Source: Patescibacteria group bacterium (GTDB taxonomy: Bacteria > Patescibacteriota > Patescibacteriia > Patescibacteriales > UBA12465). From it: a stretch of 64,000 nt of DNA. The translations under genes and the position numbers were made by a program. This document shows, piece after piece, positions 43,961-54,197 of this stretch. The notes under the pieces were generated by a model, which saw only the letters and a list, made by a program, of their open reading frames with translations, did not search any database and was not told the origin of the DNA. Where the stretch lies: NCBI GenBank assembly GCA_041651355.1, contig JBAZJK010000001.1, forward strand, positions 357,883 through 421,882, written 5' to 3'. Position 1 is the stretch's first letter. Every line of letters starts with the position of its first letter.

Positions 43961-44983
43961 ATGAGCTCTTTAAAAAGTGAATCGCCTATGATAGGAATCA
44001 TAGCCAACAGCACCTCTTTGGACAATCGGAAGGACCTTATAGCTGAATTAGGTGAACCGCGCGATGGTTTCTTCAGTCCCTTAAAATTCTCCTTTAAAGA
44101 ATTACAAGGTGAAATCATTGCCCTCGACATCCAGCCTAATGAGATCCTGGAGAAAGCCGGCATGGCGAAAGCCAAAGAGGCTTTGTTCAAAGCTGTTGAA
44201 TATTTATCTCAGCGAGGCGTTAAAGTGATTTGTTTCACGGCCTCGACCAAAAGGTTGCCGGGTAAAACTGGCAGCGAAATCAAAAAACTGTACCCCGATA
44301 TCACTTTTTCTATCGGGGATAGCGCTACGATGGTTTCCTATCTGGCTTTACTCGACCATTATCTTTTGCCTGGCCATATCGACCGGGCACGGAACGAGAT
44401 CGTCTGTTTAGGAGCCGGGTTTTTAGGGGTGAAATCCATTGAACATCTTTTACGCCGGGGTTGCAAGCGAGTAACCCTAATCAGCGAACAGGGTGAAAAC
44501 GGTTTCCCTAAAGATATCCGGGTCATCGATTCTCTGGACAAAATGCCGAAGGGCATCAAGTTATTTTTGAGCTGTTCTCATAAATACGAGATCGATCCTG
44601 AATCTTTCCGGAAATTCCTGAATCCGCAAGCAGTCATCTTGGATGTAGCTGTACCACCAGGTATTAACCAGGCGGTATTTGCGGCCCTACCTGAGGGCGT
44701 ATCTCGCTTCGATGGCGGCGACTTCTTCTTGGAGGATATCAAATATGATTTTCCTTCTCAAATCCTAAGCTTTCCTCGCGTTGGCTTCTGGTATGGCTGT
44801 TTCGCCGAAGCAGTCATCTTGGCGGTCGCTCGGCAAGCCGGAGTTGACTTGAAAAAGTTCAACTTTTTCGAAGTTAACCAGGAAAATTGCGATTTCCTGG
44901 CCTATTACCTGCGTCAAGAAAAAATTGCCATTCCGCGCATCAATTTCTTCGCTCCGGAGAATATTGCTTTCATACCGTTTTAA
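43961..44983 (+). CDS. NAD(P)-binding oxidoreductase, acyl-ACP-reductase/shikimate-dehydrogenase-like family
   Basis: Motifs are IVCLGAGFLG (Rossmann) and GCFAEAVIL (resembling the AAR block ACFAEAMLL). The RBS is AGGAGG before ATG 43961. Confidence 0.4.
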   Translation: MSSLKSESPMIGIIANSTSLDNRKDLIAELGEPRDGFFSPLKFSFKELQGEIIALDIQPNEILEKAGMAKAKEALFKAVEYLSQRGVKVICFTASTKRLPGKTGSEIKKLYPDITFSIGDSATMVSYLALLDHYLLPGHIDRARNEIVCLGAGFLGVKSIEHLLRRGCKRVTLISEQGENGFPKDIRVIDSLDKMPKGIKLFLSCSHKYEIDPESFRKFLNPQAVILDVAVPPGINQAVFAALPEGVSRFDGGDFFLEDIKYDFPSQILSFPRVGFWYGCFAEAVILAVARQAGVDLKKFNFFEVNQENCDFLAYYLRQEKIAIPRINFFAPENIAFIPF

Positions 44984-45071
44984 AGTTTCCTTAAGGGTCA
45001 GACGCCAAGTCTGCCCCTTTTTTATTTTCCTAAGAAATGATAAAATATGGGTATCAGTCAGTCATTAATTT

Positions 45072-47258
45072 ATGGCCATAGTCAATAGCCTTTTTCCGCA
45101 AATATTTTCTTTGCTTAGTTTGTGGTTTATTATCAGCTTAAGCTTGGTGGTTCTAAAAAACAGCCATAAGCTGGTCAATAAGCTGTTTTTTATTTTAACC
45201 TTGATTTTGGATTATTGGGTGATTGGCAGTTTTATGATGTTCAACAGTACCCAAGAGCATCAGATTATCACCTGGGATCGCTTCGTTTATGCCGCTGTCG
45301 TTTTTTGGCCGGCTTTGCAATACCATTTCAGCTTGGCGGTGACTTACATTAATCGCCGGCGCCATCGTTTATTAGTCTTGGCTTATATTTTATCCCCAAC
45401 TTTCCTGATTTTAAGCCAGACTAACTATTTCGTGAAAGATGTCTTCTATTATACTTGGGGCGCCCATACTCGCGCCCAGTTCTTACATCACTTTTTTTTA
45501 GCTTTCTTCGCGGTTTATGGTCTGCTTTTCTTTTATAATTTGATTAAGAAATACAAGCATGATTCTTCCCATCTAGAAAGGAAGCGAACCCTTTATTACA
45601 TCTTAGGCTTCAGCGTCCTAGATTTTATCGGCGGCACCGCTTTCTTGCCGGCTTATTTGATTCCTTTCTATCCGATATTTCTAGCGACGCCTTTGATATT
45701 CTCCTTGATCATCGCCTACGCCATCACCTATTTCGGTTTGATGGATATCAAGCTGATCATGCGCCGTTATTTCGTGTATTTCTTATCCCTAGTTTCCGTC
45801 CTAGCCCCGATCTATATCTGCCTTTACTATGTCGACCGCTACTTCCCGCATTTCCTGTTTTTCGCTTCCTTAGTAGTTTTCATTTTCGCCCTATCCGTCT
45901 TTTTTCAGATCAAGAACTATTTTTACCGCTTCTCTAATAAGTATTTCTTTTCCTCCCTATACGATTTTAACGAACTCATCTATAGCCTTAATAACCGCTT
46001 ACGGGCTTCCTTGGATATCAGTCAGATCTTCCAATCGACTATCAGCCTTTTGAGCCAAGCTTTCCACAGCAAGATGATCGCAGTGGTCAGCTATGAAGCC
46101 AGGAGTAAATATTGGCCGGTCTTGTATAACCAGAATTTCGATTTCAGCACTAACCGGATCAATTTTGATTATAAGCTGCTCGGCGACCTTTTTATCAACA
46201 ACCGTCCGATTGCCTTGTCTAATTGGGAAAAAGTTAATGACCCCAAATATAAGGGCTTAGTTAGTTATCTTAATTCTTGGCAGATAGAGGTTGTCGTGCC
46301 TATTAAGATCAACCAGAAAAAACTGAGCAGCTTGATGTTGTTCGGACCCAAAGAATCTGGTGAAGCTTATAACATTAAGGATTTAAGGGTTTTAGAAAGC
46401 GTGGCGGCGGAAATTGCCATCTCCCTGGAAAACGCCTTGCTTTACCAAAGCGTTACCAAATTCAACTTGAAGCTTAAAAGCGAAGTCGACAAAGCTACCA
46501 AGCAGCTGCAGGAGCAGAACGAGACCTTAAAAAAACTAGACCAGGCCAAGACCGAGTTTATTGGTATCGCCTCCCATCAATTGCGCACCCCTTTGACCGG
46601 TATCCGCTGGTTTACGGAATTATTATTAAAGAATAAAGAACAGAACCTTAACCCGAAACAGCTGGATTTCTTAGAACAGGTCAGCGCCAGCAACCAAAGG
46701 ATGATTAAGCTGGTCAATGACCTTCTAGATGTTTCCCATATTGAAACCGGGCGTAAATTCGATATTATTAAAAATGAATTCAGTTTGAATGACGTCATCC
46801 AGGAAGTCTTAAAGGAAAACGTCTTCTTAATCAGCACTAAAGGCTTAATAATCGATAATCAAGTTGATCCTGGACTTAAGATCTTCGCTGATCGCGATAA
46901 GATCAAGCAGGTTTGGCAGAATTTGATTTCTAATGCCACTAAATATTCTGGAGATAAGACCACTATCAAGATACTATGGAATAAAGATAAGGATAATAAC
47001 CATGTCTTCTCGGTCAAAGACCAGGGGATAGGCATCCCTAAAGACCAGCAAAACCAGATTTTCAACAAATTCTTTAGGGCCAGCAACGCTTCCTTGCAGC
47101 ACAGCGATGGTACCGGCCTAGGTCTTTATATAGCGCGGGAGATCGCCCGGGCTCATGGCGGCGAGATGTGGTTTGAATCAGTCGAACAAGAGGGAACCAC
47201 TTTCTTTTTCTCCTTGCCCAGTCTGCCAGATACTATAAATAAAAAAATAAAAAAATAA
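45072..47258 (+). CDS. Multi-TM sensor histidine kinase with GAF-like domain
   Basis: It has about 7 N-terminal TM helices. Motifs are H-box IASHQLRTPLTGI, N-box NLISNATKY and G-box GTGLGLYIAREIARAHGG. Confidence 0.85.
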   Translation: MAIVNSLFPQIFSLLSLWFIISLSLVVLKNSHKLVNKLFFILTLILDYWVIGSFMMFNSTQEHQIITWDRFVYAAVVFWPALQYHFSLAVTYINRRRHRLLVLAYILSPTFLILSQTNYFVKDVFYYTWGAHTRAQFLHHFFLAFFAVYGLLFFYNLIKKYKHDSSHLERKRTLYYILGFSVLDFIGGTAFLPAYLIPFYPIFLATPLIFSLIIAYAITYFGLMDIKLIMRRYFVYFLSLVSVLAPIYICLYYVDRYFPHFLFFASLVVFIFALSVFFQIKNYFYRFSNKYFFSSLYDFNELIYSLNNRLRASLDISQIFQSTISLLSQAFHSKMIAVVSYEARSKYWPVLYNQNFDFSTNRINFDYKLLGDLFINNRPIALSNWEKVNDPKYKGLVSYLNSWQIEVVVPIKINQKKLSSLMLFGPKESGEAYNIKDLRVLESVAAEIAISLENALLYQSVTKFNLKLKSEVDKATKQLQEQNETLKKLDQAKTEFIGIASHQLRTPLTGIRWFTELLLKNKEQNLNPKQLDFLEQVSASNQRMIKLVNDLLDVSHIETGRKFDIIKNEFSLNDVIQEVLKENVFLISTKGLIIDNQVDPGLKIFADRDKIKQVWQNLISNATKYSGDKTTIKILWNKDKDNNHVFSVKDQGIGIPKDQQNQIFNKFFRASNASLQHSDGTGLGLYIAREIARAHGGEMWFESVEQEGTTFFFSLPSLPDTINKKIKK

Positions 47259-47269
47259 CTTATAAAAGT

Positions 47270-47641
47270 ATGCCTAAAAAAATTCTTATTATCGAGGACG
47301 ACCTGAGTTTAGCTAAAGCCCTCAGGGCAAGCTTGGAGGAGGAAGATTTCACGGTTTTTGAGGCTCATGACGGCTTCGAGGGTCTGGAAGCGGCTGAAAA
47401 AAATCTGCCCGACCTCATCCTCTGCGACATTAGTATGCCTAAGATGGACGGCTTAACCATGCTAGCTTCCTTAAGGAAGACCGAATGGGGCAAAAACCTG
47501 TCAGTCATCATGCTTACCAACTTTAGTGACGAAGAGAAGATATCGATCGCCCTGAAACACTCCGTCTTCCGCTATCTAGTCAAAAGCGATTGGGACTTAT
47601 CGCAGATTATCGAAGAGGTCAAAAAAGAATTTAATAATTAA
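47270..47641 (+). CDS. Single-domain response regulator (receiver only)
   Basis: Motifs are ILIIEDD, DLILCDISMPKMDG and K at LVKS. Confidence 0.8.
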   Translation: MPKKILIIEDDLSLAKALRASLEEEDFTVFEAHDGFEGLEAAEKNLPDLILCDISMPKMDGLTMLASLRKTEWGKNLSVIMLTNFSDEEKISIALKHSVFRYLVKSDWDLSQIIEEVKKEFNN

Positions 47642-47643
47642 AT

Positions 47644-48258
47644 ATGAAAGCCAGAGCCAAGCAGCCCTCAAACCATTGGCCTAAGATATTAACCACTATC
47701 TTCCTCATCTTTGTTTCCAGCCTATTTTTGACTGCCTTGGTCGTTAATTTTTCATTAGATCCGGGCAATGGGGATAAGGTAGTTCTAAGCCCTGTGACGC
47801 CCGAAACGGCTACAGATAGCGACCAGATTCTGGCTGAGGAGATAAGCTTGAACATTAGTACTACTTCAAGCAGCACTGAAGCCGAAGTAACACCTGAAGC
47901 AAAAGAGGATAAGGAAGAAATATTAAAGCCGGATTCAGTTCTACCCGCTGACTTGAAAGGAATCAAGCAGTATTCAGCAGTCATCTCGGTCGTGGATGAA
48001 CAGGGATTAAAGGTAATCAACCAGGAAGTCTTCAAGCGCGATGGCGCCCAGGTTCTGTCGGCGAATAAAGAATGGGTTCTTATATCTTTAGATCAGACTG
48101 ATAAGATTTTTAGGGTGTTTTGCCAAAATGGCTTTGGTATTACTGATTGTAGTGGCGGCCAGGTAAGCCGCTTGAAGAGCGGCGATTTCTGCGCTAAAAG
48201 CGTAGAAAAGGATACTAAAAATACTATCAGTTTGGCCTGCGACCGAGTTAATAAATAA
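47644..48258 (+). CDS. N-terminally anchored exported protein
   Basis: It has a TM anchor, ILTTIFLIFVSSLFLTALVV, and operon context. The antisense ORF 47631-48035 is rejected. Confidence 0.45.
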   Translation: MKARAKQPSNHWPKILTTIFLIFVSSLFLTALVVNFSLDPGNGDKVVLSPVTPETATDSDQILAEEISLNISTTSSSTEAEVTPEAKEDKEEILKPDSVLPADLKGIKQYSAVISVVDEQGLKVINQEVFKRDGAQVLSANKEWVLISLDQTDKIFRVFCQNGFGITDCSGGQVSRLKSGDFCAKSVEKDTKNTISLACDRVNK

Positions 48259-48266
48259 ACAGTCTT

Positions 48267-49433
48267 ATGTTTAAAACGAGAGTTTATACTTTTTGGTTAA
48301 TCGTAATCAATTTAGCCTTCTTGATCCTCGCCTTTTTGTTATTCATATCCATTGAAAATAGGGAATATAGGAATTTTAACGCCAACTTAGAAGAAGTGTC
48401 TGATACCGCTTTAGCGGCGATAAACCCGGAAAGGCTCAAAACTTTAAAAGGGACAAGCGAGGAGATGCTTGCTAACCCTGATTATATCCGTCTTAAAGAT
48501 CAGCTGATCAAGCTAGGCGACTCTTTCGCTAATCGAGGCATCGATTCTATCTACGCCATGGAGATAATGGATGACCAGGTTATATTTTTAGTGGATTCTT
48601 TCTTGCCCTCTGAATCTAAATACAGCGCCCCTGGGATAAGTTATGAACAGCCGCCTCTAGAAATAGAACAGGTCTATAAATCAGGGCAGTTTGCTGTCAG
48701 TGATGCTTATACGGATGAATATGGCTCTTTCTTGTCACGTTTTTCTCCAATCCGCAGTTTTAGCGATCAGAAAATCTTGGGTGTTCTCGGGGTGGATGTT
48801 GATTACCATTATTTCCAGAACCAGCTCAGACGGGCTCAGATATTAGGCCTTTTGATTTTGGCTTTAGTTTATATTCTATTCCTATTATTCTGGCTCTATT
48901 TTAAAAAACGCGGCCAAGCCCGCGAGTATATCTTTAATAATGAATCAAAATTGAAAGGCATAACTGATGTTATAACCGACGCTATCGTGATGGTCGACGA
49001 AGAGGGACGGGTCAATTTCTGGAATCGAGGCGCCGTTCGCTTATTCGGACAGTCGGAGGAAAAAGCTTTAGGGCAGAAATTTTCCGATTTAGCTAAGCTG
49101 GATAAGCTGTATGATCCGAAGCTGTGTTTACAAGTCGATAAGCTTAATTTTTTCGGCCGCAGTGCTATTGTCGACAAGATTTTAGAAGCTGAATATGGTC
49201 AGAAAGGCAAAACTAAGAAATATTTGGAATTTTCCTTGTCATCCTTATACCTTTCTGAGCACTGGTCGGCTGTCGGCGTCTTTAGGGATATATCCCAACG
49301 CAAAGCAAGGGAAATGGACCTGCTTAAGCAAAAGGAAGATTTTGAGCAGCTGAGCCAGGCGATGGTCGGGCGCGAGCTTAAAATGTTAGAGCTAAAGAAT
49401 GAACTTAAGGCTTTAAAAGCTAAAAATAATTAA
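48267..49433 (+). CDS. Membrane sensor protein with extracytoplasmic domain, PAS domain and coiled coil but no kinase domain
   Basis: Two TM segments flank a ~170-aa region. The PAS-like segment is ITDVITDAIVMVDEEGRVNFWNRGAVRLFG. The C-terminus is a coiled coil. Confidence 0.55.
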   Translation: MFKTRVYTFWLIVINLAFLILAFLLFISIENREYRNFNANLEEVSDTALAAINPERLKTLKGTSEEMLANPDYIRLKDQLIKLGDSFANRGIDSIYAMEIMDDQVIFLVDSFLPSESKYSAPGISYEQPPLEIEQVYKSGQFAVSDAYTDEYGSFLSRFSPIRSFSDQKILGVLGVDVDYHYFQNQLRRAQILGLLILALVYILFLLFWLYFKKRGQAREYIFNNESKLKGITDVITDAIVMVDEEGRVNFWNRGAVRLFGQSEEKALGQKFSDLAKLDKLYDPKLCLQVDKLNFFGRSAIVDKILEAEYGQKGKTKKYLEFSLSSLYLSEHWSAVGVFRDISQRKAREMDLLKQKEDFEQLSQAMVGRELKMLELKNELKALKAKNN

Positions 49434-49438
49434 AATTT

Positions 49439-49846
49439 ATGAAAGACTTTTTCAAATGGAAGGATGAATATCTCTTACAGATAGCTGAAATCGATAAGCA
49501 GCATCAGTATTTCGTTTCCTTAATAAATGAGCTTTACCGAGCGACGATTGAACGGGCAGATTCTTCTAGCTTGGCCATTTTTATCGGCCGTTTAGCCGCT
49601 TATGCCGATGAGCATTTTGCGACGGAAGAGAAGTATTTCGACCTCTTCAACTTTTCCGGAGCTGATGAGCATAAAGCGGAACACGCTAAACTAAGAGAAA
49701 GGGTCAGGGAATTTTCCCAAATAACCGAGTTGGATTCCCAAGCTTCATTTAAGATTATCGATTTCCTCGAGTCCTGGCTGCTAGATCATTTAGTGGCGAT
49801 GGACCGGAAGTATGTCACCTGCTTTCATGAACATGGTTTGAGTTAA
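49439..49846 (+). CDS. Bacteriohemerythrin-like protein
   Basis: Segments are FKWKDEYLLQIAEIDKQHQYFVSLINELY...HFATEEKYF...HKAEH...WLLDHLVAMDRKY. Confidence 0.75.
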   Translation: MKDFFKWKDEYLLQIAEIDKQHQYFVSLINELYRATIERADSSSLAIFIGRLAAYADEHFATEEKYFDLFNFSGADEHKAEHAKLRERVREFSQITELDSQASFKIIDFLESWLLDHLVAMDRKYVTCFHEHGLS

Positions 49847-49854
49847 GATTGATT

Positions 49855-49887
49855 TAAAAAAAGGCCTCGGGTTACGAGGCTTTTTTC
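49855..49887. terminator. Bidirectional terminator between convergent genes
   Basis: An A-run, then GCCTCG-GGTTA-CGAGGC, then a T-run. Confidence 0.7.
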
Positions 49888-50277
49888 TTATTCCGGATTC
49901 TTAAGGTAAGTTTTCAGGTCTTTGATTATCTCTTCGAGACGATAATTTGACTTCGTGTAGTATTTACTCGCCCCTAGATTCAGATAGGTCTTAACCTTGT
50001 CTGGGCTAGCGGTATTAGAGACCACGAAAATCGGGATTTTCTTGAATTCTGGCTGGTTTTTTACTTTAGCCACTAAATCTAAACCGTTTTCTTGGCCTAA
50101 AAGATAGTGGTCAAGCCAGATAGCTCTGACATCTTTTAGATCTAAGAGTAGGGAATAGGCCTGCTCGACGGTTCGGGCACTGACGACTGAAAAGCCCGTC
50201 TGTTCTAATTTAATCCTGATTGCTTCCAGGAGCGCCTGCTCATCCTCGACGACCAGGATATTTATCTTATTGTTCAT
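49888..50277 (-). CDS. Single-domain response regulator
   Basis: Motifs are ILVVEDEQ, IWLDHYLLGQENG and PIFVVSN. Confidence 0.75.
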   Translation of the reverse strand: MNNKINILVVEDEQALLEAIRIKLEQTGFSVVSARTVEQAYSLLLDLKDVRAIWLDHYLLGQENGLDLVAKVKNQPEFKKIPIFVVSNTASPDKVKTYLNLGASKYYTKSNYRLEEIIKDLKTYLKNPE

Positions 50278-50295
50278 ATTTTTATTTTAACTATA

Positions 50296-52665
50296 TTAAT
50301 CAATGGTTTTAGTGCCAGTTTTTTTAATCATCCCCTTAAGAGGCAGGGAAACGAAGAAAGTAGTTCCCTTATCTTCTTCAGACTCAAAGCGGACATTACC
50401 CTGAGAGCCTTCTATTATCGACTTAACGATGTATAAGCCTAAACCGGTGCCCTCCGTGTCTTTTTCTTTGACATTATCCGCTCTAAAGAGCTTATCGAAT
50501 ATTTTTGCTTGTTGCTCTTTAGGGATGCCATAACCGTTGTCCTGGACACTGATCATTAGGTTTTGACCCTCTGGATATATTTTAATCTTGATTAAGCCTT
50601 TATCCGGGGTGTACTTAGCCGCGTTAGATAGTAGGTTTTGGAACACTATTCTAATCAGTTTAGGATCAGCGGGGATTAGGCCTAACTTAGAGTCGCTAGT
50701 AAACTCTATCTTCAACTTCTTGTTGCTAATCATCGGCTTTAGCTCTTCTAAGACGCTTTGAGCTACTGCTTTAAAATCGGTTGGCACCGGTTCAACTGCG
50801 AAAGTGCCTAGCTCGATACGGGAAACATTGAGCAGGGCATTGACCAACTCTACCATCCGTTGATTGCCTTTATATATCGCTTCGACAAAATTCTTTTGTT
50901 CTTTGTTTAATTTGCCGGCATCGCCGTCTAGGAGCATTTCCGCATACCAATTGATACTAGAGAGAGGGGTGCGCAGCTGATGTGAAGCTAGAGAAACGAA
51001 TTCGGTTTTAGCGCGGTCGATATTCTTTTCTTGAGTGATATCGCGGGCAACGCTGATTAGGAATTCTACTTCTTTATTCTTATTTAAGACAGGAGAAATA
51101 GTCACGTAAGAATCATATAACTCGCCGTTTTTACGATGGTTTTTAAGCTCACCGACAAAAGGCTTTTTATGGACACACAGGGCTTCATCCATCTTTTGTT
51201 TTAACTCCGGCGCTAGAGGCAGGCGCCAAAGCTCTTCGATTTTTTTGCCTAGAACTTCCTTGATCTTATAACCAGTAATTTTTTCCATGCCCTTATTCGC
51301 GTAAACGACCCTCTCATTGGCGTCGCTTATAATCATGTAATCAGAGGCGTTATCCATGGCTAACTTGAATTTTTCCAAATCATTAGCTAGGTTTAAGGAT
51401 TTATTTTTTTCAGCTTCTACATCAGATAAAATATTTAAGATGGCTTTTTTAGTGTTTTCCAGCTGGGCATTTTTTTCTCCTAACTCTTTCGTCCTTTCTA
51501 AGATGCTGTTTTCGAGGTCGGAATAATAATTCTTGAGTTCTTCCGACATCTTAGCCATGATTTCACCCAGTTCCTCGAATTCATCATCTGTGTTTATACT
51601 GTTTTTGATATTTAGGTTGCCCAAGCTTATCTCATTAGCCATGTCTTTAAGCTTATTGAGGGGCCAAAGATTCTTTTTGATGATAACAATCAGGAAAATA
51701 TCCGTCAAAATGACAATCAAGATGATGAGAAGAGAAAACATGCCGGCAATCTGGAAAGCTGAAATCATCAAACCCTCGCTATCGCTTTCTAAAACTAAGA
51801 ATAAAGGCAAGTGGGCCAGACGGAAGATGGTTAAAGTCTCCTTTTCGTTGTCGGCCGTATCAAAAAAATTAACCATTTTCGGTTCTAATAAGGGACTTTT
51901 GATAATCTCGTAGGCCGGGTCATAGGGCAGGGCTTCGATTTCAAAATTTAAAAACTTCTTTTCTTCTTTTATCCTGGCCATCGTTGCTTGGTCTATTTTC
52001 CCTAGGCTTTGATATGTTCTTTCTGGACGGTCGGAGAAGAGGATAATCCCGTCCTTATCAGTCAGCATGATGTGGCCGTTCTTGCTGATTATCTCGTCTT
52101 GCAATATCTCATGGATAGGTTCTATCTTCATTTTCATGACCAAGACCCCAAGGAGTTCATTTTGGCTGCCAAAAACCGGGGCGGAAAAATAATACCCAGG
52201 CAGGAGGCTGGTGACGCCGATAGCGGCCTCAAATCCAGAATTACCCAGACTAGCCTGTTTGAAATATTCACGGAAAGCGTAATCGTTGCCGGTAAAAGAC
52301 GGATCAGTCGAAACTAGGGCTAAACCATCTCGGTTTAACAGATAGATAGCTGTATAATTATTGTTTAGGTTGGCCGCTTCCAAGGTGTCTAATATTTCGC
52401 TTTGGTTTATGGCCTGCTTAGACTCTAGGAAACTGATTATTTTCTTATTTTTAGCCAACTTATCAGTTAGCTGGCGGTAGCTATCGGTTAAGATATCGAG
52501 ATTACGGCTGTATTCATGGACTAGATCTTTCAAATAGACCTGCTTATTGACCAAGGACTGTTGATAGGAGACAAAACCGATCAAGGCAGAAACTATCAAA
52601 CCGGCCGCCAGCAGTAAGACGGTTGTCGTAAAGATAATCTTATTTTGAGCTTTCCTAAATTTCAT
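50296..52665 (-). CDS. Sensor histidine kinase (Cache-like periplasmic domain, HAMP, PAS, HisKA, HATPase)
   Basis: Motifs are H-box LASHQLRTPLSSI, NLLSNAAKYT and GTGLGLYIVKSIIEGSQG. The PAS segment is DYMIISDANERVVYANKGMEKITGY. Confidence 0.85.
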   Translation of the reverse strand: MKFRKAQNKIIFTTTVLLLAAGLIVSALIGFVSYQQSLVNKQVYLKDLVHEYSRNLDILTDSYRQLTDKLAKNKKIISFLESKQAINQSEILDTLEAANLNNNYTAIYLLNRDGLALVSTDPSFTGNDYAFREYFKQASLGNSGFEAAIGVTSLLPGYYFSAPVFGSQNELLGVLVMKMKIEPIHEILQDEIISKNGHIMLTDKDGIILFSDRPERTYQSLGKIDQATMARIKEEKKFLNFEIEALPYDPAYEIIKSPLLEPKMVNFFDTADNEKETLTIFRLAHLPLFLVLESDSEGLMISAFQIAGMFSLLIILIVILTDIFLIVIIKKNLWPLNKLKDMANEISLGNLNIKNSINTDDEFEELGEIMAKMSEELKNYYSDLENSILERTKELGEKNAQLENTKKAILNILSDVEAEKNKSLNLANDLEKFKLAMDNASDYMIISDANERVVYANKGMEKITGYKIKEVLGKKIEELWRLPLAPELKQKMDEALCVHKKPFVGELKNHRKNGELYDSYVTISPVLNKNKEVEFLISVARDITQEKNIDRAKTEFVSLASHQLRTPLSSINWYAEMLLDGDAGKLNKEQKNFVEAIYKGNQRMVELVNALLNVSRIELGTFAVEPVPTDFKAVAQSVLEELKPMISNKKLKIEFTSDSKLGLIPADPKLIRIVFQNLLSNAAKYTPDKGLIKIKIYPEGQNLMISVQDNGYGIPKEQQAKIFDKLFRADNVKEKDTEGTGLGLYIVKSIIEGSQGNVRFESEEDKGTTFFVSLPLKGMIKKTGTKTID

Positions 52666-52688
52666 AAGACGGCAGCTAGGTTTTAATA

Positions 52689-52722
52689 AATCGACTTCTC
52701 AGATAAGAACCGGAGAAGTCGA
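52689..52722 (-). terminator. Hairpin downstream of the pilin-like operon
   Basis: The 11-bp stem ATCGACTTCTC (52689-52699) pairs with GAGAAGTCGAT (52712-52722). The U-tract is weak. Confidence 0.45.
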
Positions 52723-52745
52723 TTGAGCTAAATTGATATTTAAAG

Positions 52746-53189
52746 TTATCTGGTGGCCGTGATAGTCGCCCCTGATTCAGCTTGAGGTGCAGACACGGTG
52801 ACGCGGTTGTTAGCGGTTTTTAGGATGTAATATCCGGTACCGGTAGCTGACACGCCGCCTTTAGGATCAACCGGGATAGAGGTTAAATATTTTTCGTTGG
52901 TCGTTAAGACGCCTAGGTCTATTAAACTACCGCAAGAAGAAGTGGCGGCGCAAATTTCAGTTGAAGAAGAGGTGATGGCGGCCGGAATGGTACCGCTATT
53001 ATCGATCGAATATTGATAGACAGCGTTTAAAATAGTGTTGACGTCGACTCGTCTTTGAGCGTTTTTAGTTTCAGCTAATTGTTTATTAGGATTGATGGCC
53101 AGGATAACGATACCAGCTAGGATGGCAATCGCGGCTACCACCAACAAAATTTCTAAAAGAGTGAAGCCCTTGGCTTGTGTTTTTTTCAT
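52746..53189 (-). CDS. Type IV pilin-like protein (prepilin N-terminal motif)
   Basis: The motif is KGFTLLEILLVVAAIAILAGIVILA. Confidence 0.75.
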   Translation of the reverse strand: MKKTQAKGFTLLEILLVVAAIAILAGIVILAINPNKQLAETKNAQRRVDVNTILNAVYQYSIDNSGTIPAAITSSSTEICAATSSCGSLIDLGVLTTNEKYLTSIPVDPKGGVSATGTGYYILKTANNRVTVSAPQAESGATITATR

Positions 53190-53272
53190 AAGTTTTAGTT
53201 GTTTTTATTTTAAAATTTATTTATTCCTAACTTCTAAATTATAGCATAGATAATAAAAGCTTGCCAAGCGAT

Positions 53273-53674
53273 TTAATCTCCGACTTCATCCCAAGAAGTG
53301 ACTAGGATTTTAGGACTGGTGGTGCTAATTACAACCCTAGCTTTTTGGACATTACTGCCCACTGTGCTACTAGCGTTAATTGTGCGATTACTGCCGCCGC
53401 TATTAGTTACGAGATAATTGCAGGTTAGAGACCCTAAATTCAAGCTGCCACTGCCAGTGAAGTTAATGTCATCGCGAATAGCTTGTAAAGCTTCTTCTGC
53501 GCAGGCATTAGCCAGGGCCCGGGCTTGACTAGCTTGTAGCTTATCCTGGCTATTTTTAGTCGCCCCAGTGCCGCTTTCCAGGAAAAAAATGATAATAGCT
53601 AAAATTACCGCCCCGGTAATAATGACGCTGATAAGAGTGATATAAGCGGGTGCTTGCCTGTTTAATTTCTTCAT
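53273..53674 (-). CDS. PilX-like minor pilus assembly protein
   Basis: It has an N-terminal hydrophobic helix, YITLISVIITGAVILAIIIFF, and sits in the pilin operon. Confidence 0.5.
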   Translation of the reverse strand: MKKLNRQAPAYITLISVIITGAVILAIIIFFLESGTGATKNSQDKLQASQARALANACAEEALQAIRDDINFTGSGSLNLGSLTCNYLVTNSGGSNRTINASSTVGSNVQKARVVISTTSPKILVTSWDEVGD

Positions 53675-53677
53675 ATT

Positions 53678-54196
53678 TTAGTAGCGCCGGCTAGCGCTCA
53701 CATTAAATCTTTCGCTATATGAATACTCGGAACGATTATATGGATCGATTATTCCCAAAGAAAAACTGGCTGAGAGGCTACCGGTGCTGGAGGCATTGCT
53801 GAGATTATAAAAGATGAGATCGCTGGCCTTTACTCGGGAATTATTTAACTCTATATTAGAACCGCCGGCGAAGCTGACCACTAAGCTGGTGCTAGCCAGC
53901 TTGAAGACGGTTGGATTACGGGCAGGGTCGTTTGAGGCTAGGGAAAGGGTCGTGCTACTGGTTCCGGTTGCCGGAGAATTGATAGCACTGGATGCCTTGA
54001 TGTTCTGGCTAAGCAGATAGGTGATCTGGTCGCCTTGCTGCTCGACTTCGTTAATAAGCTGGCCTTTGACTTTAGTCTTCAGGGTTATATTGATAAATTG
54101 CGAACTTATTAGTAAAATAACCCCCATTAAGCCGATATATAAAAGCAACTCAATTAAAGTGAAGGCGTCTTTTTCTAAATTTCCCCTTTTAGACAT
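53678..54196 (-). CDS. Minor pilin / pseudopilin
   Basis: The motif is DAFTLIELLLYIGLMGVILL. Confidence 0.65.
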   Translation of the reverse strand: MSKRGNLEKDAFTLIELLLYIGLMGVILLISSQFINITLKTKVKGQLINEVEQQGDQITYLLSQNIKASSAINSPATGTSSTTLSLASNDPARNPTVFKLASTSLVVSFAGGSNIELNNSRVKASDLIFYNLSNASSTGSLSASFSLGIIDPYNRSEYSYSERFNVSASRRY

Positions 54197-54197
54197 A

